DNA of 64,000 bases, from IMG/VR virus record IMGVR_UViG_3300005529_000001, positions 248,001 to 312,000 of that record; one strand, written 5' to 3'. Positions 1 to 9,847 of this stretch are shown one piece after another. Every line of letters starts with the position of its first letter. The first letter of the stretch is position 1. The position numbers and the translations under genes are program-made. The notes under the pieces are model-generated. The model was not told where the DNA came from. It saw only the letters and a program-made list of their open reading frames with translations, and did not search any database.

Positions 1-3000
1 TGGGTCTGGATCAGTCCCAGTTGCAACACTGCCTGTGCAGTGAACTTGTTCTGGGTGTCGGGCGTGTTCTGCTCGAACTCCAGTTGCAGAGCGATGTTGC
101 TGATGATGCGCTTGACCTCCAGCAACAGACGCCTAACGTTGACCCGGTCAAGAGCCGAGGGCTTGGCTTGCAGTGTCTTCTGGCCGAAGATGACGAATCC
201 CTGTCGTGGGAACGTTGCGATCGGGTTGATGCGGCTAGAGTACAGCGTGTCCCGGTCGCTCGAGTTGAGACGCACGCCCACGTTGACAACGAAGTCGAGC
301 GCTGCGCGGTTGAAGCCCGCAGGAGCGAACCATGGGTAACCGATCTTGTCGTTGAAGCCCAGGGCTCCCAACGCTGCGATCGAAGCGGGCACCTTGACAC
401 GACGGTTGTTGACCACGTCCTGGATGAAGACATCCGGGAAGTAGGTTCCCATGTAGTTGTTGTCGATAGCACGGGTGTTGAGACCGACGCTGGTCTGACC
501 CACGTCTGCACGGACCGCGCTACCGTTTGCCCCGATGGTGGTCGAGTACAATCTGTTCTGTAGCTCGTCATAGTTTACCAGGTCCATGACGTAGAAGGCC
601 AAGCCGTAGTCACGGACATGGCTTCCCGCGTAATCCGTCAGGAAGGGCTCTCGGATGCCCGGCATCGCCAGGATGTTGTGGTTGACCTGCATCGGGTCAG
701 TCATGATGGTGAGGGCCGTGACGTACGAGGAGACGTTGGAGTTGCTCTGGCCCGTTCCGTTCATGTTGGCAGCAAACCCAGGCGGGATGAAGCCCGGGAA
801 CGCACCGCCAGTATCACCCAACAGGTTCGAATCGAACGACGTTGACTTGTCGTTCATGCGGCTAGCGTCAGGATCCAAGAAGTTGACACCGTCCCAGCCG
901 CCGGCCAAGAAGGTCGAGAACTTCAGGTAAGGAGCAAAGCGGTTGAACTGCTGTGCTGTTCCCTTGGCGAGCAAGGTTGCCAGGGTGACACGCCGGCTTG
1001 CCGTCTTCTGGTTGTTGAGCTCGACCGGATCGATGTAAACGTACGTCGCGCCATCCAGCACGCCGTTTCTGATGTAAGCTGCTTCACGCATGTGACCGTC
1101 GATCGACGCCGTCAAGCCGCTGAGGCTCGTCCCATCAAAGACGTCGGTGAAGTCGTTCGAAAGAGCAACCTTGGCCAGCGTGAACTTGTTGTCACAGAAC
1201 TGGTCTGCGCCTGCCCCGGTGACGAACGTGTCCAAGCCAGAGCAACCCAGGAACTGGGTGTAAGAGCTGATGCAGTTGTTTGCCACCGTCTCAACGTTCG
1301 GGTTGAGTGGGATGTCGAGACGCTCGAACTGGACGCCCCAGTACAACGGCGGGTAAGAGATCTCGGTGGGAGCGGGGTTGCCGAACCAGGACGTTGACGT
1401 CGGGCGGTTTCCCTTGGTCACCTTGGTGCGGAACGGAACTGGGGGCAAGACCGAACCAGTCAACGCGTTTGCGCTGCCCGAGGTCACGCCATACAGACGA
1501 GTGAAAGCTGCCTGGAGAGCGTTGCTTGCACCTGCCGACAGGACGCCGTTTGACGCACCATCAGTCAAGCTATCGTTGGTCTTCAACAGTGCCGCGCCGC
1601 GGAAACCGAAGGGCAAGCACTGCGGCGGCACTCGAGCCTGGTCAACTGCGTCAGTTGGGATGACGCGGATGTAAGCAGACTGGTTCTGGTACTTGCCACG
1701 TGACACGACACGTTGCTCGGTGCTGATCGTTGCATCAAAGTTGTAGTAGACCTTGCGATCGCCGATCACGTTAGCGATGTAGTTTGCAGCCGTCGGGTCA
1801 AGGCTCAGGTTGTTGAACTGCTCCAGGACGTTCGGGTTGATGTCGGTGTCATCCCAGCTGCGGACCTGCAACGCAAAGGTTCCGTACTTGTAGCTGTCAA
1901 CGGTCGATGCTTGCAGGTTGACGATGCTGATCTTGAAGAGGTTGTTGGCGTACTGGCCGTCATCGAGCGCTTCGACACGGAACAGGTCGTACTCCACCTT
2001 GCCAAAGGGCTGGCTGATGAACTTCGTCGTCGTTGGGGTCTGGTAACGGGCGTCAAACGCTCCGTACGAGGCCCGGTACGTCGTGTTGTCGTTATAGGGG
2101 GCACCCGTGAACGAGAGGTCCGCGTTGTTCTGGCTGCTGTTTGTCGAGCCGATCAGGACACCCGCGATGTTTGCCGTAGCGATCTGATCATCAACGGCGA
2201 AATCAGCGTAAAGAACGTGTTGCGATGCAACGAGGCTGTCCGGGTTGCTGTTCAGCAGCTTGGCAAAGTAGTTCTTGTCATCGGGATCGAAAGATGCAGT
2301 CAGGATCTTGCAACCCGGGTTGCCATCATCGTTTGCAAACGAAGTGCCCAACGTTGAGCTGATGATCAGCTTGAAGAAGCCGCTTGGGCTGGTTGGCGAT
2401 GTCCCCTGCATGACACCGAAGTCCTGCAGTGAGTCGATCTTGCCTTTGACCGAGAAGTCGTTGTTTCCGTCTGCGACGCACAGGCGAGCGCCCGAGGCCA
2501 TCAGGACCATGCCCCTGATCAGGTGCGCGGTGCCACCCGAGAAGCTGTCGTTGTCGGTGAAGATCGCGGGACCCAGGATCTCGTTGCCCTGGACCAGGTG
2601 TTGGGCGACCAAGAACTGCACTGCGCCCGTGAAACGGCTGCCTGAGACGTCAGAGATTGAGACTGCTGTCCCGTTCAGGTGGAACCCGGCGTTGACAGTG
2701 CGACCCGTTGCCGTGGTTCGTGAGATGTCAGTGCCCGTTGCATTGGCACCCGCGCCCAAGACCCTAAGGTAAGTCAGGGCTTGGCGGTTTGCCAAGAAGT
2801 AGTAGGCGGCGTAAGGGCCGAAGCGGTTGGGGTCCAGGGTGCCGAAGACGGCATTGAACTGGTCGAAGTTGCCGACAGTGACAGGCACGAAGGCCGGGCC
2901 ACGGTTCGACGTCCCGATCACACCGGCGGGGACTCCGACCGGCCCCTGTGGGGCGGGAGCGGAGAGATCGATCTCTCGCTGGTAGAAATTGGGGGACAGA

Positions 3001-3023
3001 AAAGTCTGCAGCTGCTGCGGCAT
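1..3023 (-). CDS. gp18: Tail sheath protein (gp18-like), partial, >1000 aa, runs off the left edge
   Basis: Absent from the ORF track because it is open at the edge. Manual translation from ATG 3023 (GGAG SD upstream) gives MPQQLQTFLSPNFYQREIDLS...GVIGTSNRGPAFVPVTV...FNAVFG...LTYLRVLG, the typical sheath N-terminus. It lies downstream of the neck genes. Confidence 0.9.
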   Translation of the reverse strand, partial: MPQQLQTFLSPNFYQREIDLSAPAPQGPVGVPAGVIGTSNRGPAFVPVTVGNFDQFNAVFGTLDPNRFGPYAAYYFLANRQALTYLRVLGAGANATGTDISRTTATGRTVNAGFHLNGTAVSISDVSGSRFTGAVQFLVAQHLVQGNEILGPAIFTDNDSFSGGTAHLIRGMVLMASGARLCVADGNNDFSVKGKIDSLQDFGVMQGTSPTSPSGFFKLIISSTLGTSFANDDGNPGCKILTASFDPDDKNYFAKLLNSNPDSLVASQHVLYADFAVDDQIATANIAGVLIGSTNSSQNNADLSFTGAPYNDNTTYRASYGAFDARYQTPTTTKFISQPFGKVEYDLFRVEALDDGQYANNLFKISIVNLQASTVDSYKYGTFALQVRSWDDTDINPNVLEQFNNLSLDPTAANYIANVIGDRKVYYNFDATISTEQRVVSRGKYQNQSAYIRVIPTDAVDQARVPPQCLPFGFRGAALLKTNDSLTDGASNGVLSAGASNALQAAFTRLYGVTSGSANALTGSVLPPVPFRTKVTKGNRPTSTSWFGNPAPTEISYPPLYWGVQFERLDIPLNPNVETVANNCISSYTQFLGCSGLDTFVTGAGADQFCDNKFTLAKVALSNDFTDVFDGTSLSGLTASIDGHMREAAYIRNGVLDGATYVYIDPVELNNQKTASRRVTLATLLAKGTAQQFNRFAPYLKFSTFLAGGWDGVNFLDPDASRMNDKSTSFDSNLLGDTGGAFPGFIPPGFAANMNGTGQSNSNVSSYVTALTIMTDPMQVNHNILAMPGIREPFLTDYAGSHVRDYGLAFYVMDLVNYDELQNRLYSTTIGANGSAVRADVGQTSVGLNTRAIDNNYMGTYFPDVFIQDVVNNRRVKVPASIAALGALGFNDKIGYPWFAPAGFNRAALDFVVNVGVRLNSSDRDTLYSSRINPIATFPRQGFVIFGQKTLQAKPSALDRVNVRRLLLEVKRIISNIALQLEFEQNTPDTQNKFTAQAVLQLGLIQT

Positions 3024-3095
3024 TACCGTGCTCCTATAGCGCGCTGTGAATCGCTATAGTAAGTACCACCCGCACGGGTGAAAGACCACTAACGG

Positions 3096-4526
3096 TCAGT
3101 CTTCAACGGTGACGATGGTCAAGCCGCCAAGCGTAGCATCTGCGGGCGATAGCACCGTTTCGCCAGTGAACTTGTTGATGCTCTTGACACGAAACAGCTT
3201 CGTCACCAGGTTCCCGTTCTTGTCATAACCCGTGACTTTCTTGAAACGTCCCGGACGGGTGCCTCGCGGCAGGACTCCGACTGCTGGATCGTCAGGGTTG
3301 ACAGAAACGTCTTCGTTTGGGTACAAACGGGTCCCGCGAGTGTTCCTCTGGTCACGCTGTCGGTTAGCCCAGTTTGGTTGCTGGTCAGAATCGCTTCCCA
3401 AGGGAAGTGTCGGGTCATCTGCACCCAAGAACGGGTTGATGGATGAGTCACCCTCGTCAAGCTCAGCCGTGTTCGTACCGATCGAAAACTCGATCGTTGG
3501 AGAAGACAGGTAGCGTTTCAACGGGACGGGAGCACCGGGAACGCCTGTCGCCAAGATGTACCCAGGCACCTTAACAACGAATTTGTACTTTATCAGCCGT
3601 TCGACTTGCGAGTAATCATCTGCGTTGTTATCAGCTGTATAAGTGTTGGCATCAACGTTGGCCAAGAACCAGTAACCCTTCGGGGTGTTCAGCTGCCATT
3701 GGTTTCCCTGTGGGAGGAACGATGCAATCAGCATCTCGATCAGCTGGTTCATGTGCTTGGTGTACTGCGTCCAAAACGTGACGTCGTATTGCGCGGTGAA
3801 AAACTGCGGTGCTGGCACCACGACTGTCTCCCAGACATTGTTCGCGCGGTTGGGGATCAGCAACCCTCCCTGTTGGATAGCGGGATCCTGTTCCAGATTG
3901 CCAACTGAACGTAACGTTGTCAGCTGTGGTGTGAAGTTCTGCACATCAGTCTCTTCACCGAATGGTGCGTCAGCTCCGAACAGGTCATCACCAAACTCAC
4001 CCGGTACGATGGTGCTAACGCTTGATGGGTACGCGTTCTGTGGGTTCACCGCCAGGTTCTGTTGGTTCGGAACGAGCAGACGGTTGACAAGCTGCTGGTA
4101 ATCACGGTCAGTGCGGTCAAGCTTACGACGGATGACGATCTCTCCCGTCTGTTGGTTGATGCCCCGACCCGTGATGTCTTCGTTCGGAGTCTGGAAGATA
4201 TTGGTCCTGATGATCGTGATTATGGGCAAGATCAGGGCGCCGTTCCTGTCTTTCAGGCCTCTCTGTCGTTTGTTGAGAGCCCACTTCTCACCAGCGGTCA
4301 TCAACACGGGCACTTTGCGAAGACCGTCTGGATCATCAGCGCCGCCCACGACAGTGAACGGAATCTCCTTGTCAAACAAGTTGAACAACGCTCGGTCCAC
4401 GTCGTCAATGCCAACGGGTGGGATGACCAAGTCACGTGACGTAGACTTCCCCTGGTATCCCGACTGTAGTGGCGGGATACCGAGGCGAACCTGAGAAGAG
4501 CTCTGCGAATTAAAGCGAGTGGGCAT
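3096..4526 (-). CDS. gp15: Tail terminator / sheath stabiliser (gp15-like)
   Basis: DDVDRALF...KVPVLMTAGEKW...KDRNGALILPIITIIRT motif; position between gp14-like gene and sheath. Confidence 0.65.
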   Translation of the reverse strand: MPTRFNSQSSSQVRLGIPPLQSGYQGKSTSRDLVIPPVGIDDVDRALFNLFDKEIPFTVVGGADDPDGLRKVPVLMTAGEKWALNKRQRGLKDRNGALILPIITIIRTNIFQTPNEDITGRGINQQTGEIVIRRKLDRTDRDYQQLVNRLLVPNQQNLAVNPQNAYPSSVSTIVPGEFGDDLFGADAPFGEETDVQNFTPQLTTLRSVGNLEQDPAIQQGGLLIPNRANNVWETVVVPAPQFFTAQYDVTFWTQYTKHMNQLIEMLIASFLPQGNQWQLNTPKGYWFLANVDANTYTADNNADDYSQVERLIKYKFVVKVPGYILATGVPGAPVPLKRYLSSPTIEFSIGTNTAELDEGDSSINPFLGADDPTLPLGSDSDQQPNWANRQRDQRNTRGTRLYPNEDVSVNPDDPAVGVLPRGTRPGRFKKVTGYDKNGNLVTKLFRVKSINKFTGETVLSPADATLGGLTIVTVED

Positions 4527-5209
4527 CAGCTATTCTCCGGGTCTTCATCATCATAGAATGCGCTGTCACCTGAAAACTCTCCGCCCTTCTTTGACACTTC
4601 CTTGGCACCCGTGATGGGCTTGTCAAGGACATCGGGCGTCTGCAAGTCTCGAACGTCACCAGTGACGCCTTCCTTGTTGTGAGCTTGCCCTCGTTGTTGG
4701 TAAAACTCTCTCTGTACCGCGTCTTTGTCAGGACGGCTGACGTCTGTCGGGCCGATCGTGAGAGCCTTGAATTGCGTTTCACGGGCCTTGGTTCCGATCA
4801 ACTTGACACCGTCCTTGTGTTCGGGCATGCCGTAGATGTTTCGCATGAACAGCTTCTCAGTGACTTCGTAAAAAACATCTGAGAAAGAAAAGAAGTCTCC
4901 GATGGATGGGCTGATCCCCTTGTCAACCAGGTCACGCCACTGGATGTATACCTCAACCTTGAACTGAGCGTCTACGCCAAAAGCGGTGATCTTGGTGTCA
5001 GCTTGGAAGTGAGTGTCTACCAAGCAATCCAACGCAATAGGAGCGTCAAAGACCTTTTGTACTGCTTCGTTGTAGACAGTGTCAGTCTTCGTCTTGTCTT
5101 CGTTGATGGCATAGTAGTAGACTTTCTGGCCCACCACGTCCTTGATGAGTTCCTTCGTGATGTCCGAGATGAAGTTGAACTCACGTTGTGTCAGGTACAA
5201 GCGTCCCAT
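4526..5209 (-). CDS. gp14: Neck / head-closure protein (gp14-like)
   Basis: ELIKDVVGQKVYYY...PSIGDFF...FYEV pattern; synteny gp13-gp14-gp15-gp18. Confidence 0.7.
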   Translation of the reverse strand: MGRLYLTQREFNFISDITKELIKDVVGQKVYYYAINEDKTKTDTVYNEAVQKVFDAPIALDCLVDTHFQADTKITAFGVDAQFKVEVYIQWRDLVDKGISPSIGDFFSFSDVFYEVTEKLFMRNIYGMPEHKDGVKLIGTKARETQFKALTIGPTDVSRPDKDAVQREFYQQRGQAHNKEGVTGDVRDLQTPDVLDKPITGAKEVSKKGGEFSGDSAFYDDEDPENS

Positions 5210-5217
5210 GTGTCACC

Positions 5218-6450
5218 TCATCCAAAGATGATCGCCTTGCCACCCGGGACAGCGGTGTACTTGAGCATCTTCTGCATCTGTTCACCGATGTTTGCTTGTG
5301 ACTCAAGGAGCTTCTCATACGTCAGCTTTTCAAGGAACTCTTTCAAGTTCGTCATCAGCTTCTCTTTGTCCTCACGGCCCTGGGTGATCAGCGCTTCACC
5401 GTTAAGCTGGAGGTCTGCGTTCGGGATCGGGATGACCTGGAACTTGCTGCGGTTGATGCCCAACAGCTCACGGCACAACGCCAGTGCATACTGCCGGATC
5501 CATTGCCTTCCAGGCGTGGTGATGGTGCTGTAGGGCAGGATGCTGAAGGGAACGTTCTCGGGACCGCTGACGCCGTATGCGCTAGCGTCCTCAAAGTCAG
5601 GTTGCATCACTGACTTGGGGGTGAAGACCCTGACATAGAGGTTGCCCATGCCAAACGGGCCCAACCCATCGCTACCAAAGGATTGGGGCTGTGGGAAGAT
5701 CCGGATCTTGGTGCCGATGACCTGGTAGCTGTAGTTGCTGCGCCTGACGCGGAACGCTTCCTTCAACATGCCACGACGGACGACGTCCTCAAAGACGGGC
5801 AACACGTAGAACACAGTGCTGTTGACATATGACTCGTAGTTGAAGTTCGTGGCAAGAAAGTTGGTGATGTTTGAAGCGTTCAGCAAGAAAGTCTGCGCTG
5901 CTAACGGTTCGAAATGGAAGACTTCCATCACGCGCAGCTTTCCCTTCAAGCCAGCAGGAAGGTTATCAACGACCAGTCCCATGTCAGGGCTTGTCATGCC
6001 GACAGTTGTCGGATCGTAGTTGATGGTCTGGTGCAGTTCCGTGTAGATGTCGTAGTCTTGCTTGCCGGGAATCAGGTTGAAGAATCCCAACGTGTAGTTG
6101 TAGTTTCCACCCACGTATGAAGCTTGCGCATAAGCATCAGCCAACCTGAACAAGAAGTCGAGGTTCTGCTGCAGGTACCTGTTGGTCAGGTCCGTTGACC
6201 CAGTGGGCTGACCGAGAACGTTCGCCAGTTGGCTAACGATCTTCAGTTCTTGGATCAGGCGGCCATACTCAAGGCACGATTGCTCGAGACACGACCAGAT
6301 TTCCTTCTTGGTCAGCTCGACGCTGAGGACATCATCTCCCAACATCCGCTTAGCAAACGTGACCATCGCATCAGCTTCAACCTGGAAAGCTGCATCTGTG
6401 TCAAAGAAGCCAAACGGGGTGGGGTTGACGGTCTGGTTAAAGTTCGGCAC
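5218..6450 (-). CDS. gp13: Neck protein / head-tail adaptor (gp13-like)
   Basis: LGDDVLSVELTKKEIWSCLE and WIRQYALALCRELLG..RSKF..IPIP...LNGEAL motifs typical of gp13. Confidence 0.85.
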   Translation of the reverse strand: MPNFNQTVNPTPFGFFDTDAAFQVEADAMVTFAKRMLGDDVLSVELTKKEIWSCLEQSCLEYGRLIQELKIVSQLANVLGQPTGSTDLTNRYLQQNLDFLFRLADAYAQASYVGGNYNYTLGFFNLIPGKQDYDIYTELHQTINYDPTTVGMTSPDMGLVVDNLPAGLKGKLRVMEVFHFEPLAAQTFLLNASNITNFLATNFNYESYVNSTVFYVLPVFEDVVRRGMLKEAFRVRRSNYSYQVIGTKIRIFPQPQSFGSDGLGPFGMGNLYVRVFTPKSVMQPDFEDASAYGVSGPENVPFSILPYSTITTPGRQWIRQYALALCRELLGINRSKFQVIPIPNADLQLNGEALITQGREDKEKLMTNLKEFLEKLTYEKLLESQANIGEQMQKMLKYTAVPGGKAIIFG

Positions 6451-6527
6451 GAGCTTAACTATGGCGCTGTGAGAGCCCCGATCTAGGCTCTAAGCTCCCC
6501 AGCGATCACCAGAACGGATAACCGAGA

Positions 6528-7070
6528 CTAGCCCACGAACCGGAACACGTCAAATGTCCCGTAGTTAAGCTGGAAGTTCGCGCCCGCGTTGTTGCATTTG
6601 ACCCTGAGATCATGGATAACAGGAACATCGCTGGGACCGTGAAAATCGAGATCGGAAATGGTCACTGAGTCAGGGAAGGGCTGACCGTTTGCGATCGTCG
6701 TTTGGAGCGTGTTTCCTTGTTGCCCGTTGAGAAACAACGCAAAAGTGTAAATTCCCGCCGACCCAGAAAAGCTCAGGGCAATGCTGTGAAAATACGTTCC
6801 CGGCAAGCTTGCGGTGATGCCGTTGTTGGCCGCAACACACCCTGGTGAGTTTAAAGAAGACGTCAACCACTGCGTCACTTGGGTCCAAGTGTTGGGAGCT
6901 CCCAAGTTCTGCCCGCTCTGGCCGTTGTTTTGAGTCGTCAGCTCGGCAAACGCGCCCACGGAAGAGGTGATCTGTCCGGCGGACGTCAACGTTCCCACGC
7001 TGACAGAACCTGCCACAGTAAGGTTTGAGCTTCCATCATCAACCAAACCCTGTGAGTTTATGTACGCCAT
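6528..7070 (-). CDS. Putative virion decoration protein with C1q/BclA-like beta-sandwich C-terminus
   Basis: N-terminus nearly identical to 19156..19617; GITASLPGTYFHSIALSF...YTFALFLNG resembles C1q/TNF-like strands; late-type motif upstream. Confidence 0.45.
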   Translation of the reverse strand: MAYINSQGLVDDGSSNLTVAGSVSVGTLTSAGQITSSVGAFAELTTQNNGQSGQNLGAPNTWTQVTQWLTSSLNSPGCVAANNGITASLPGTYFHSIALSFSGSAGIYTFALFLNGQQGNTLQTTIANGQPFPDSVTISDLDFHGPSDVPVIHDLRVKCNNAGANFQLNYGTFDVFRFVG

Positions 7071-7094
7071 GGCATTTCCGACATTAAATATGTC

Positions 7095-7610
7095 ATGGCC
7101 ACGTCGTTAGTCTTCACCACTTCATCTCACTGGCTATCACGAGTCATCAGGATGGTGACAGAGAGCGAAGTCTCACATGTGGCGATAGGAACAGAGATCT
7201 TTGGCGAACCAGTCCTGATCCATTCTGCACTCGACGGTGACACGGGACGCAGCGGCGTCCAGATCACGCCCAGGAACAAGTGGCTCAGAGACAACTACGT
7301 TGTTGCTGAGTACGACATCGTCCCAGACGTCTCAGAGAACATGGGTTCCCTGATCAAGCTCCTCTGTGAACGTTATGACAAAATGGGCCTTGTGGGTCAC
7401 TTGATCGTGATTGCTGCCAAGTACTTGGGCAAGAAGATCATGAACCCGTTGTCACGACCAAACTACTGGGTCTGTTCACGATACGTGCTGAAGCTCGACC
7501 CATCGGGCCAGACCATCCCAGAGTGGGCTGGGTTGGACCCAGAAAAAACCACTCCGCATGACCTGTTGATGCTGTGTCGGACAGGCGCTAGTTTTCGTGA
7601 ACTGACCTAG
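7095..7610 (+). CDS. Permuted papain-like amidase (YiiX/YaeF-type NlpC/P60)
   Basis: SHVAIG (His) precedes YD...WVCSRYV (Cys) and TPHDL, the circularly permuted order. Confidence 0.75.
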   Translation: MATSLVFTTSSHWLSRVIRMVTESEVSHVAIGTEIFGEPVLIHSALDGDTGRSGVQITPRNKWLRDNYVVAEYDIVPDVSENMGSLIKLLCERYDKMGLVGHLIVIAAKYLGKKIMNPLSRPNYWVCSRYVLKLDPSGQTIPEWAGLDPEKTTPHDLLMLCRTGASFRELT

Positions 7611-7617
7611 GATTGGG

Positions 7618-8319
7618 TCACGGAGCGCCAATTCCATACAGCGACAGGAAGTAAGCGCTCATCTGGGACACCTCGGCCGCGTTCAGGGGCCGGTTGAAGG
7701 CGCCCTGTTCAGCGATGTTGCCGTTGAAGAAGTTGCTGCTGTTGGTGTTGAGGCCGATGTTGACGCCAGCAGACGTTGCGACCTGGTTCGTGGTCGGGCT
7801 AGCCAGCGCCTGGGGTTGGCCGTTGACCCACAGCCTGGTCGTCGTCCCATCGTTGGTCGCGATCCACGCCTCCCAGTTGGTGGTGTTGGTGCCGTCAGTG
7901 TGGTCGATCACGCCGATGGCCGACACGTCGCGGCTGGTGCCGTTGTTGGCGAGGGCGATGCCGTTGGTCGCTGCACCGCCGAAGCTGATGACGGCTTGGT
8001 TTGTTATCGATGCGAACTGGTGGATTGAGAAGATCGTCCAGTTCGTCGACGTGATGACCTGCGCAGAGTTCGTGAGACACTGCGTGTTGGCTGCCAGCAG
8101 GGTGAGGCAGGGCTTCCTGAGGTTGGGGTCGGGGGCGACCCACACCGGCCGCTTGCTGGCCGTCGCCTGGCTGACGCCGTTGCCGTTGCCCGACAGGTCG
8201 CCCCACGACGTGACCAGGCCGCTGGCATCGAAGTTGAGGCCCTGGTCTGCCCTGAGCCACAGCACGCAACCCCCGAGCTGGGTTGGCTGGAACAGCATCT
8301 GTCTCCCGACGACTGGCAT
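7618..8319 (-). CDS. LamG/ConA-like lectin-domain virion protein
   Basis: CVLWLRADQG..VTSWGDLSGNGN..Q...KRP ... FNGNIAE...FNRPL; start moved to ATG 8319 (GGAG upstream). Confidence 0.75.
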   Translation of the reverse strand: MPVVGRQMLFQPTQLGGCVLWLRADQGLNFDASGLVTSWGDLSGNGNGVSQATASKRPVWVAPDPNLRKPCLTLLAANTQCLTNSAQVITSTNWTIFSIHQFASITNQAVISFGGAATNGIALANNGTSRDVSAIGVIDHTDGTNTTNWEAWIATNDGTTTRLWVNGQPQALASPTTNQVATSAGVNIGLNTNSSNFFNGNIAEQGAFNRPLNAAEVSQMSAYFLSLYGIGAP

Positions 8320-8321
8320 CT

Positions 8322-9071
8322 TCAGCTCCACGCTCCTGGGTTGTACTTCGATGACAGGTACTGGAAGACCCACGACACCTGTTGGGGCGTGTGTGCGCCC
8401 TGGTAGATGATCACCTCGGCGATCGACCCAGATGTGAAGTTGATCCCGGCAAAGCCGAACAGCTCGGCCTGGACAAGGGAATTGGCGCCAGCCGCAAAGG
8501 CTGACAGGCCCACGACGGCGGCTTGGCTGGTTCCCGGTTGGCTGGTCCCCAGGTAGACGTTCGAGTTGCTGCCGTTGAAGACGCCCGCTGCACAGAAGGG
8601 CTGCCCTACCGTCAGGACGTTGTTGGTCGAGTTCTTGACCGACCCAGCGAATGCCCCGATGCCCGTTGTCGGGCCCGACCCGATGACAGCGTACAGCGTC
8701 TGCCGGGTGCCCGGGCTGTCGAACAGCGTCAGGTTGATGTTGGGGTTGAACGTGCTGATGTAGCTGACCACGTACGCTGTGTTCGGCTGCGGGACGTTGA
8801 GCGAGGTGTTGGTCAGTATCTGGGCCGAGCTGCTGACGAAGGTGATGCTGGGTTGGCCGTTCAGCAGCGGGTCGGTCGCTATCAGGCTGGGCCTCGTGGT
8901 TACAGCTCCCGTCGAGGTGAAGTGGTTTCCTGCTCCCGAGGAGTCAGCCCACGTGACGACGTTGCTGCCCGACAGCTGGACGCCGCGGTCTGCAGACAGC
9001 CACAGCACGCAGCCATTCATCTGCGTCGGGACGAAGCCCACTCCCCTCAGTCCAAACGGCATCAGAAGCAC
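8322..9071 (-). CDS. LamG/ConA-like lectin-domain virion protein
   Basis: CVLWLSADRG..VVTWADSSGAGN ... GSIAEVIIY; paralog of the C-terminal domain of 9844..11286. Confidence 0.75.
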   Translation of the reverse strand: MLLMPFGLRGVGFVPTQMNGCVLWLSADRGVQLSGSNVVTWADSSGAGNHFTSTGAVTTRPSLIATDPLLNGQPSITFVSSSAQILTNTSLNVPQPNTAYVVSYISTFNPNINLTLFDSPGTRQTLYAVIGSGPTTGIGAFAGSVKNSTNNVLTVGQPFCAAGVFNGSNSNVYLGTSQPGTSQAAVVGLSAFAAGANSLVQAELFGFAGINFTSGSIAEVIIYQGAHTPQQVSWVFQYLSSKYNPGAWS

Positions 9072-9847
9072 CTGTAGCGGCTACGGACGTACTGCCTCAG
9101 CAGGTCCTGGTTGGTCTTTGAAGCAACGTTGAAGGCACCGATCTCGTAGATCTTGCCCGGGAAGGCGCGGTTGCTGACAGCGCCGATGAGGCCCACGTAG
9201 AGGGTGTTGGTCTGCGTTGCGCTGGTGTACGTGGAGATCGACTGCTGGAAGATGGTCTGTCCGTTCATCGATATCGTCAGCACCCCGCCGTCCCACACTG
9301 ACTCGATCATGTACGTCGAGTTGTTGACCATCGTCGCTGTGGGGATGTTCTGTGCCTGCAGCAGGCCCGGGTAGAGGAATGACCACGTCCCCTGGCCGCT
9401 GATGACGTTGATGCCCAGGCCGACGCCGTCGCCCGTGTTGGGACCCGTCCATGCGCTTGTCGAGTTCTTGTCGAAGATCGGACCGTGGATGGTGTGGGTG
9501 CCCGGCCACGTCGCTGGGGTGCCGATGACAGCCCACAGGTGGATGGGGCCCGTCCCAGTGTTCCAGCCCGCCGGGTTGGCAACGTTGAAGGCGCCGATGA
9601 TGGCATCGGTGGTGTCGCACAGCATCTGGTGACTGGGCTGCGGCGAGTCGCTGGGCAGCCACAGCGGGTTGGTGCTGCCACCGATGTTGAGGCCGAGGAG
9701 GTGGTTGCCATACGGAGACATGTCTGCCCACCGCACCACCGAGGTGTTGGAGTTGGCAGTGACGCCCATGTCGGCACGGCACCACAAGATGCAAGCGTTG
9801 CCTGGCACCGACGGGTTCCAGTTGGGGGCGCGGCCGATGACTGTCAC
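9062..9847 (-). CDS. LamG/ConA-like lectin-domain virion protein
   Basis: CILWCRADMG..VVRWADMSPYGN ... FPGKIYEI. Confidence 0.7.
   Translation of the reverse strand: MTVIGRAPNWNPSVPGNACILWCRADMGVTANSNTSVVRWADMSPYGNHLLGLNIGGSTNPLWLPSDSPQPSHQMLCDTTDAIIGAFNVANPAGWNTGTGPIHLWAVIGTPATWPGTHTIHGPIFDKNSTSAWTGPNTGDGVGLGINVISGQGTWSFLYPGLLQAQNIPTATMVNNSTYMIESVWDGGVLTISMNGQTIFQQSISTYTSATQTNTLYVGLIGAVSNRAFPGKIYEIGAFNVASKTNQDLLRQYVRSRYRCF

Noticed and set aside
11-3059. Many ORF-track entries on both strands at 11-3059
   Set aside because: They are shadow ORFs of the long minus-strand tail sheath gene, which the track missed because it lacks a stop in the window.
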